Shown one piece after another: positions 52,109 to 60,597 of a stretch of DNA of 64,000 nt. Each line of letters opens with the position of its first letter. The stretch's first letter is position 1. Under the pieces are notes generated by a model that did not search any database, was not told where the DNA came from, and saw only the letters and a program-made list of their open reading frames with translations. The stretch lies in the NCBI GenBank assembly GCA_000004985.1, contig GG738882.1. One strand, 5' to 3'. The position numbers and the translations under genes are program-made. Source of the stretch: Naegleria gruberi. Taxonomy: Eukaryota.

Positions 52109-55100
52109 ATGATGCAAGTTGTACAACAACAAGAATCGAATAATAATAACACAGCTTCTCAACATGAACCGATGATGGTAGTAGCATCTTCTTCATCTAC
52201 AACTTCACAACAATTAAACACCACAACAACAGCTCCAAAGAATGAAGGACAATCAACGGAAGGCATTCTGTTAAATTTTGATTCGAATAACAATAATAAC
52301 GAAACGATTGGTGAAGCATCAGAAGGCAATCATCAACATGAGAGAGTTATTTCTGATGTGGTTACTAACATCATTGACAAGATGATTAAAGATCATAACA
52401 ATGATGATAAGTCATCAGTTGAAGGTGGTGTTGTTGAAGAAAATTATAATCAACAAGAAGAATCTTCATCAACAATTGACGATGGACACAATGTGAAAAG
52501 TGTAACCTTTAATGATCAGGAAATATCTGATAAGAAAGCAGACGAAACAAAGGATGTGTCCTCTTCATATCCAACACCACCAAACATGACACCAAATGAT
52601 CATTCCATTCACTTGTCCACTCTTGACTGGGTCTCCAAACAAACCATGACAGGATCTTTTGGTGCAAGAGCTAAACACACAACAGTTTCGTTTACAAATT
52701 CTAAACAAGAACCTTGTATTTTAATTTTTGGAGGACAATCAAATATGGAAAGCTCAAAATCATCTTTATCTACAAATAGTATTGCTGAAAACTTGAATGG
52801 TATTGAAAATTCACTCTTCCTTCTCAAGAAATCTGCAGAACATGGTGATTGGCATTGTTTCTGTCCAGCTGTGAAGAATATTGCTCAATCTCCACCTAAA
52901 CTTCGTTATCATTCGGCTGTTTATTTTGAAGGAAGAATGTATGTATTTGGAGGAAAGAATAATTTGAGATATTTTGATCAATTATATGTAAGTTTTTCAG
53001 ATTGATTTAAATATTGAACTGTTTTTCATAAATTTCACAATTTTTCTAAATTTGATTGAAAAATTAGTCACTGAATTGTGAAACTTGGGAATGGAGTCAT
53101 ATTGTTTCACTCCAAAAATTCAGTACCAAACTCATCAAGGATTTCAAGAAACAATCATCAAGTAATTCACCATCAAATTCTCCACCCATTGGAAGAACTG
53201 TCAGAGAACAAATTAGCTTTGAGTCACTGATCAAGTTTCCATGTAAGAGAAGTAATCACACTGCAGTAGTTTTACCAAAATATAAGAAAATGCTTATTCA
53301 TGGAGGTAAATGTGGTGGTGAGGTTTTGGGAGATTTGTGGAGTTTTGATTTGGAAAGTTATGAATGGGATCATATTCAAATTGATATTAACAAGACATTG
53401 GTACCAAGTGAACGTCACTCTCACGCAGCAACTACACTCTACGAAAATCCAAATGTAATGCTATTCTATGGTGGTACTAATGGTAGTCATCAATTGAATG
53501 ATTTGTGGATGTTTGATATTTCATCTCGAGTTTTCACACCCATCACTCTGTGGAATAGTGTGTTAAATAATCCAGGACTCTCATTCAAAATGAGTGATAG
53601 TGGTGCTTCACATGCTGTTCAAGTTGCCACCAATTCTGTTTTTGGAAAGAAGCCATCAAGCTCTGACACCAAGAATATGGTAATTCCTCAACCAAGAACT
53701 GGACACACTTTCATTTCTCTTGGTAATGGCTACCTTATGGTGCATGGTGGCTATTCTAACAGAAGATTCTGTAAAGATTTTGTAATTATAGACTTGCAAA
53801 AGATGGAATACATTGATTGCTCTGATTTGCCAAGAAAAGAGTTGCCATGCTCTAGAAAATCTCACACCATGACAAGTATCTCTGATGAATATATTGCTCT
53901 GATTGGCGGTGTCTCTAGAAAACGAGGCAAGCTTGGTGATTTTGAATTGATTGATAAGAAGTCACTTCTCCACACATTGATGAATGATGAGCAGTGTGAT
54001 GTGGAGGATTTCAAGTCTGTTCTAAAAAAGAAATTTAATCTCGATTTGGATGATTCTACGAGATCTGCCTCCTCACACATTCAATCGTTGGATAATGTCA
54101 AGGATTTGTTAGATGCTGGATCCATCTTACTTTCTATTAGGGAGTATTCTTTGGCTAGAGAATGTTTCTCCAAAGCTTGCTCAATCAGTCCAAAGAATGT
54201 AGAAGCCAGAGAGAAGAGAGCTGTCTGTAGCTACATGATTGGTGAACATTTGGAATGTATTGAAGATTTTAGTAGTATTGAGAAATGCACCGATCAAACG
54301 TACGATCTCATCAAGGCCCATTGCTACCTTAGAATGGGACAATATCGAACTGCATCAACCATTCTTCAAACCATCAAGCAACAAGTCAACCAAGATGAAC
54401 AATCTGTTCTCCTCGATGTTATGAGACAAATTATGGAACATTACGAGTCTAGCACTGAAAACAAGAACAAGACATCTGGTGCCAGAGAAAGTAGAGCTTC
54501 TCAAGCTTACTATGCTTCACACATTGATGATTATATTTTCGAGCCAAATTTTGCACGTTATGTTGACTTGGAAGCAGAGAATAAGACAAATGACGAGTTG
54601 AATACTTCAATTGCCGAACCGTTCTCATTACTCTTTATAGGTGAAGATAAGAGTGGATTGACATCATATTTACAACAAATAAGAACCATGTTCAGACAGA
54701 GTGTCAGTTTACAGGAAGCCAAAACCTACAAGCAACATATTCAAGCATTCACTGCCTGGTTGTTCCATCAATTTATTAGTTTGAAACAATTGTTGCAAGC
54801 TTTAGATAAGGAAGAACCACTTATTGTACTTTCACCTGATTTGTCAAAGAATTGCGAAGCCCTTTTTGATATTTTGGATAATTCTGATAAGCATGCCTGC
54901 ACATTCCTCATTCCACAAGTGAGAGATTCCATTGTTGCCTTGTCCACCAATAAGGAATTTGTCAAGATCTTTACAAATTTATCCTCAATCTATGGAAAGC
55001 TTTCTAACAAGTATTATTTCACGTCACTTCCACACGACATTCACAAATTGTTCTTTACTGCCAACATTGCATAGTAAGTGCTTTTATTTTCTCATTGTTT

Positions 55101-56039
55101 TTAACATATATTATTATTGTAGCTTTTTGAATGAAGCTCCAAGAATTCTCCAAGAAAATTACTTACCAACAGAGTTTGATATTGTTGCCTATCCAGAAAA
55201 GACTCATTTCCATCCATTGAACATAATTGAAAATGAATTGGCCAGCAGGGAAATGACAGAAGAAGTTAGAAGATCCTCTATCAAGACCACATCTTCACAA
55301 AGCATTAGTGATGACATGTTCACCGAAGACCTTTCACAATACAGAAATAATTACGAAAGTTTGAATATGAGTACTGAAAAGGCGCCTCTCGAATTCATGT
55401 TCAGAAGAACACCGTATACCATCTTCTCAACAAGAACCAGTGTAGATGAGAAGAAGGTCACCTCTGCAATTAAAGAGCTCTCTATCGATGCCATTGTCAT
55501 TACTGTTTCCCTGGAAGATATTGATCAACAAAATAATTCAGTGGTCGGATCAAGTTCAATACCAACTCTAAACTTTTTAAAGAAACAAGTAATTGTCAAT
55601 GGAAAATCAAGTGCATCCATTGTAAACATTTTCAAAATTTTGGAAAAATTATTGATGGCAGAAGAGTTTGCAGACACTCAAATTTGCTTTATTTTCACAC
55701 ATCTCGATATATTTGTAAGTAGATTTAACATTCCTCAATCAAATATTAACAATTTCCATCTGAAACCCTTTTTAACAGAATCAAAAACTTTCTCAAGATC
55801 CATCCCTACTCACCAAGGTTTTCCCTAAATATTCCCCAAGCCCTAAAAAACCACCAATCAAATATTTGGAAGAAACATTTGAACTTTTCAATAGCAAACA
55901 TAAGAGAAGAAGAAGATTCCACTATTCGTTTGTTAATACATTTGATAAGGAAGATGTTAGAAAGTCCTTTAAGAATATTCACGAGGTGGTATACAGTGTT
56001 GAACTCAAGAGAAAATTGGACATGTACAAGATGTTGTAA
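52109..56039 (+). CDS. Kelch beta-propeller, TPR-like repeats and G-alpha-like (pseudo-G-alpha) domain fusion protein. Four exons, 52109..52987, 53068..55073, 55123..55714 and 55779..56039; about 1245 aa.
   Basis: Kelch blades span exons 1-2 (RAKHTTVSF...ILIFGGQ, RYHSAVYFEGRMYVFGG, NHTAVVL...LIHGG, RHSHAATTL...FYGGTNG, RTGHTFISL...VHGG). The exon junction reads LY|SLNCETWEW. Exon 2 continues into TPR-like helices and then a G-alpha domain: a P-loop-like FSLLFIGEDKSGLTS (compare LLLLGAGESGKST), a helical-domain segment and ...AYFLNEAPRILQENYLPTEFDIV (compare [24 protein letters not shown]) across the exon 2/3 junction. Exon 3 contains IKTTS (switch I-like), FMFRRTPYT (in place of FDVGGQ), SIDAIVITVSLEDID (compare VTAIIFCVALSDYD) and ICFIFTHLDIF (compare IILFLNKKDLF). 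Exon 4 reads KVFPKYSP...FHYSFVNTFDKEDVRKSFKNIHEVVYSV (compare ICFPEY...[24 protein letters not shown]). All introns have GTAAGT donors and AG acceptors and are in frame. Confidence 0.6.
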
Positions 56040-56759
56040 ATCTACTAGAATATTGTTTGGAATCTTGATTATGATGAAATGAAAATTGTATTTTTTGAAT
56101 TGTAAATATATGAATTGCGTTTATTCTTCTTCAAACTTATTGTCCTGTAACAAACATCCTAAATTGGAATTTTTCTCAACATAAAAATGGACAGTTGACT
56201 TTGGTCAAACGTCTTGTGAACTTGAGACTGAAGAATAACAAATACAATTTATTCCAATGATTCGAATATTAACCCAAACAACTTGAACATTTCCAACTTT
56301 CGAATTACAACTAATAACAACTCAAGTTTAGTTATTGTTTCATCTATTAAAACACGAATCACACCCAACAGTTCTGTCAAAATGAAACCCCACATGTGGG
56401 CGTCCTCAAACAAAAACGTACAATTTACTGATTTGCTAAAAGTGACATGTCAAATGTATAGCAAATTAATGCACCTTCTAGAAGAAATAAAAACCTTCAA
56501 AAAAACGAACAAGCATCCTTCATCATTACATTCTAGAGTGCTGTTCTCAGTGGTTCACTTTCTCACATTTGATCATCAATAGGTTCTATTCGAAACTTGA
56601 GAATTTGCGAATTGGATAGAAATAATCTTCAGTGAAATCTTCATCAATATTTATTCAAAGGTCCAAAAACAAGACTGACAAGCCCACAAACATTCATTTC
56701 TGAAAAAAGAATCTTAATTTGTGAGTCTTTCGAATAGTGAGAGACCTTCATTAAATTCA

Positions 56760-57506
56760 ATGGTTGCAACAACAGCAAGTACCACAACAACAACGAATAC
56801 TACTGGTAGACACCTTCTCACATCATCCTCTTCATCTTCCACTGATCACAATGAAATGATTAATAATTCTAATAATTATTCGAATCCTACCCACAACAAG
56901 TACTCTCCTAAACCTTTCATTGTCTCCAAGGAACGATTTAGAAGTGTGAGTTCGGCAACAATCAGTCCTCATCTCCCTCCAACATCTTTACTTTCCAATA
57001 ATTCTTCATCTTCATCAAGCCAACTTTCGAATACGACTACTCAACAAGACCCAAATCACCAGCACACCTCAACAACAACACCAACAATCCGAGATTTAAA
57101 CCTTCCCACAGTTCGTAAATCGAGAAGGAAAAAACCCATCCACTCACAAGATGGTGAAAATCCACTCTCCGAAGAAGAATATCGAAGACTCATGATGTTG
57201 AAGAGGAAATCGAGGTTTATCTACTCTTCTTCAATGACTGTAAATTCCCGCCAAAAAGAAAATTACGATAATGAAGATGATGATGAAGGAAGCTTTTATG
57301 ATGAAGAGGAGGTGAATTCTTCTTCTGGGGTGATGATGAAAAATGTTATGGGAGATAATGATTTTTCAAAGCTATTTGATAATTTGGAGGGACAAGATTT
57401 GGAGACGCAATTTAATAACTTTCTGAATGCCTTGCAAGGTAGAACAACAAATAGTAATTTAAGTCTTCTTCCTCCGATCCCGCTATTAGTAATAATAATA
57501 ATTTAA
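56760..57506 (+). CDS. Hypothetical S/T/N-rich low-complexity ORF. It may be the 5' part of the downstream RGS gene, separated by a frame break.
   Basis: The track ORF 56721..57506 begins at a GTG; the first ATG is at 56760. The frame of ORF 57584..60292 is open back to 57458, so it overlaps the end of this ORF within an aataataataat tract. A 1-nt indel there would fuse the two. Confidence 0.3.
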   Translation: MVATTASTTTTTNTTGRHLLTSSSSSSTDHNEMINNSNNYSNPTHNKYSPKPFIVSKERFRSVSSATISPHLPPTSLLSNNSSSSSSQLSNTTTQQDPNHQHTSTTTPTIRDLNLPTVRKSRRKKPIHSQDGENPLSEEEYRRLMMLKRKSRFIYSSSMTVNSRQKENYDNEDDDEGSFYDEEEVNSSSGVMMKNVMGDNDFSKLFDNLEGQDLETQFNNFLNALQGRTTNSNLSLLPPIPLLVIIII

Positions 57507-57583
57507 ATACTGATAATGTTCCTCATTATCCACATAATGATAATATTAATGGTAATATTAATGATAACAATGAAATATCAACA

Positions 57584-60292
57584 ATGAAGAATAATCATCA
57601 TCCTCATCAACATAATAACAACTCATGCAGACACTCAGACATTCCTCGTGTATTGATGGAACATTTCCAAAAGGAGGAATTTGAGTGGAAGCAACAGGTA
57701 AGGCAACTCAATGCCTCCCGAGAAGCTACAACGCTACACCACCTTCCAGACAAGTACTGCCAGATGTCTACTTTCACCCTCAATAATAACGGCTCGTCTA
57801 CTGAATCGGATCTTTTCGAATCACATCATGATGGTCTCAACAACAAGAAACTAAAAAACAATAATAACACTACTTCTGTATCTTCAACATTGGAAGAGCA
57901 GAGAAGAGGTCAACAACAACAATATTCGAGTAATCATTACAATTTCAACAATAACACCTACGCTAATACTTTTGCATCATCTTCCTTTAGCGGTGCAGAA
58001 AGCAATCATTTACTGATCGGTAATAATAACGAGAATACTTTTAACTATTCGAAACCTTTCTACACAACACATTCCATGATGAATGAAAGCGAGTATCTGC
58101 AGGCAACTTCCTCTGCAACTGACTATTCCTATCCAATGTTTCACACTGATGATGAATCCTCTCTCATGTTCGATGACGATAATCATCAAGCAACAACAGA
58201 CTCATCACCTTTTGAAAAACTCATACTCGACGATGATGAATTACTTGACTATGGTGATTGTGATACATATGGAGATCTTGATGAATTTAATAATAACGAT
58301 AAGACTCCAACAATGGAAGATTACATGGACGAATCATCCTTCTTTATTGAACAAACACCTCCTCCACAGAGACCAATTTACCTCTCCTTACAGCCAGTAT
58401 CACCACTCATGTCTGCAACAAGCTCTGAATTGACCAAGCCAAGAAAATCCTCTACAAGTGGTGGAATTAATTCACCTTCATCATCAAGAACGACAAATAA
58501 TTTGAACAACAATACACTTCTGGTGGCATCAGATGAATTGGATGTTTTTACTGGGGATTCACCATCTCTGAACACAGCAACCATTTCGAATGAGAATACT
58601 TGTGTTACAGGTAGTCCAATAGATACATCGAGAAAATCCAAGGTGAGACACGGATCCGTGCCTTCAGAGGAATTCAACAAGTTTCTTCAAATTTCATCTC
58701 CACAACAACAACAACTTTTTCAGGGGGCTTGTTCTCCTGCCAGAGCTTTATCACCAACCACTTCTTCTATTGCTTGTTCTCCTGGCAAGGTATCTTCTCA
58801 TCATTCTAGGAAAATGTCTAATCATGGAATTGGTCATATGAGGAGTAATTCTGGAATTAAAAAACAACCACGAGCCAACAGTTATACAGTTTCATCAATT
58901 CTAGGAGATCCACAACTCAAGCCATTATTTTTCGACTTTCTAAATGAACATCACAATTCGGAGCTAGTTCTCTTCTTACAGGAAGAAGAAGAATTCAGAT
59001 CAGAGTGCCAGAACTGCATTGCTTCAAATATTGGAAAGTTAATGATAGAGTATGAAATCAAAATGGAAAGGATTAAACAAATTTTCGAGACATATATTAA
59101 ACCAGGATCAAATAGCGAGCTTAATTTATCAAACGAAACCAGACTCAAAGTCGAGAATAGAGTCAGTGCTTTATTGATTCCACCAGTGATATCGAGACAT
59201 AAGGGTGTTGGCGATTTACATCTTTCGAGGTGGATTTCTCCAGATACTTTCGAGGCAGCCACAACAGAGGTCAAGATTAGCTTGAAAAATCACATTCTTC
59301 CACTTTTCCTTGAGAGTTCACGATTTGAAAATTATCTTGTGCAGAAACACATTCAAGATAATACAGTTTCTAATTTGAGAGGAAAGAAAATCCAAAGAAT
59401 GCTGGGTTATTACATACCAGAGAGTGCTAAGGATTATTCATTCTATGTTAATGGAACAACTGTTGGACTTGGCAAGCAACAGCAGCAACAACAACAAATG
59501 CAACAACCACAGCATTCACAACATCATCACTATTCTACTATCAATGACCCAACAGCCAAGAAGAGTAGACCTAAGAAATCGTTGGCTGCCCTCTTTGGAA
59601 ATAACCATGCGCCATCCCAAAATCATAATAATCCAACAATGGAGCAACCAGTACTTAATGACACATCTCCAAAGAGTCCATTCAAGAATGAACAACACAA
59701 GAATCAATCATTGAGCAAATTCAAAAATTGGATTTTAGGAAAGAGACATCCTGCAGAAAGCCCAAATCCATCTTCTTCATGGTCAACTCTCTCCAAAAAG
59801 TCTCAACTCACTGTTAATAATGCTTCTAACTCTTCCCCACAACTTGTTGGAACCTCTAGTCATATTAAGATTTCACCTCGAGAAATGGAATCAGATCCAA
59901 ATAAGAAGGTTGCCAATGCATTCTTACCTCTAACAATGTCATCTGGTCAATCCAACAACACAAATACTCCAGAAATCAACTCGCTCATCAATGATGGTAT
60001 TATTTTCATCAAGGTTCATACAAAAAAGAGAGGAAACTGCAAAATTCTTGAAATTAATATCGACAAAATGTCCCTGTTATCAGACCAAGACAAGAAACTT
60101 GCCAATCAACTCAAAAATGTCTTACTAACCCACATTGATGCAGATATTAATCCTTTCGACAAGTATCCTCACCTGAGAGAATTTCTTCAAACAAAAATCT
60201 CTGTTCAATCCCAAAAGAATTGGGAAGAAATCAATGAAGATTGCATCATCAAGGTCAAAAGTCCAGCAACTAGTAACTTTTTCAAACTATAA
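57584..60292 (+). CDS. RGS (regulator of G-protein signalling) domain protein.
   Basis: 902-aa ORF with a central RGS domain (SSILGDPQLKPLFFDFLNEHHNSELVLFLQEEEEFRSECQN...IKMERIKQIFETYIKPGSNSELNLSNETRLKVENRV). Poly-Q, poly-N and poly-H tracts. Confidence 0.65.
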   Translation: MKNNHHPHQHNNNSCRHSDIPRVLMEHFQKEEFEWKQQVRQLNASREATTLHHLPDKYCQMSTFTLNNNGSSTESDLFESHHDGLNNKKLKNNNNTTSVSSTLEEQRRGQQQQYSSNHYNFNNNTYANTFASSSFSGAESNHLLIGNNNENTFNYSKPFYTTHSMMNESEYLQATSSATDYSYPMFHTDDESSLMFDDDNHQATTDSSPFEKLILDDDELLDYGDCDTYGDLDEFNNNDKTPTMEDYMDESSFFIEQTPPPQRPIYLSLQPVSPLMSATSSELTKPRKSSTSGGINSPSSSRTTNNLNNNTLLVASDELDVFTGDSPSLNTATISNENTCVTGSPIDTSRKSKVRHGSVPSEEFNKFLQISSPQQQQLFQGACSPARALSPTTSSIACSPGKVSSHHSRKMSNHGIGHMRSNSGIKKQPRANSYTVSSILGDPQLKPLFFDFLNEHHNSELVLFLQEEEEFRSECQNCIASNIGKLMIEYEIKMERIKQIFETYIKPGSNSELNLSNETRLKVENRVSALLIPPVISRHKGVGDLHLSRWISPDTFEAATTEVKISLKNHILPLFLESSRFENYLVQKHIQDNTVSNLRGKKIQRMLGYYIPESAKDYSFYVNGTTVGLGKQQQQQQQMQQPQHSQHHHYSTINDPTAKKSRPKKSLAALFGNNHAPSQNHNNPTMEQPVLNDTSPKSPFKNEQHKNQSLSKFKNWILGKRHPAESPNPSSSWSTLSKKSQLTVNNASNSSPQLVGTSSHIKISPREMESDPNKKVANAFLPLTMSSGQSNNTNTPEINSLINDGIIFIKVHTKKRGNCKILEINIDKMSLLSDQDKKLANQLKNVLLTHIDADINPFDKYPHLREFLQTKISVQSQKNWEEINEDCIIKVKSPATSNFFKL

Positions 60293-60597
60293 ATTTTTTA
60301 TCAATTTATAATATGAATGCCATCCAAATGATAATTATTAACTTCAAGCACATTGTGTCTCGGAAAGTGTTTTATACAAAACAAACTTTCTTGCAAATTG
60401 TACAAAATGTTGTGTTTTTTTGAGTGTTGGGAATTCTCAACTTATTGTGCCTTTGAACCTTTAAAAGCCTTCAAATAATTCAATTTCAACTAGAAAAAAA
60501 TAACAAAACACACAAAGCACATCAGCAAATATATTTTCGTCTGTTGAAAAAAGGCTTCGGAAAGGCTTTAGCAATCACAAAACAATAATCACACACA

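Noticed and set aside
55829-56082. Track ORFs 54932..55828 (tail ...SRSIPTHQGFP) and 55879..56082 as separate genes.
   Set aside because: The first reads through a 64-nt intron (55715..55778). The second is an off-frame of the final G-alpha-like exon (55779..56039), whose correct frame gives the conserved C-terminal G-alpha segment.
56870-56900. tRNA T-loop-like string ttcgaatcct.
   Set aside because: It lies inside a coding ORF and has no acceptor or anticodon stem context; a chance match.
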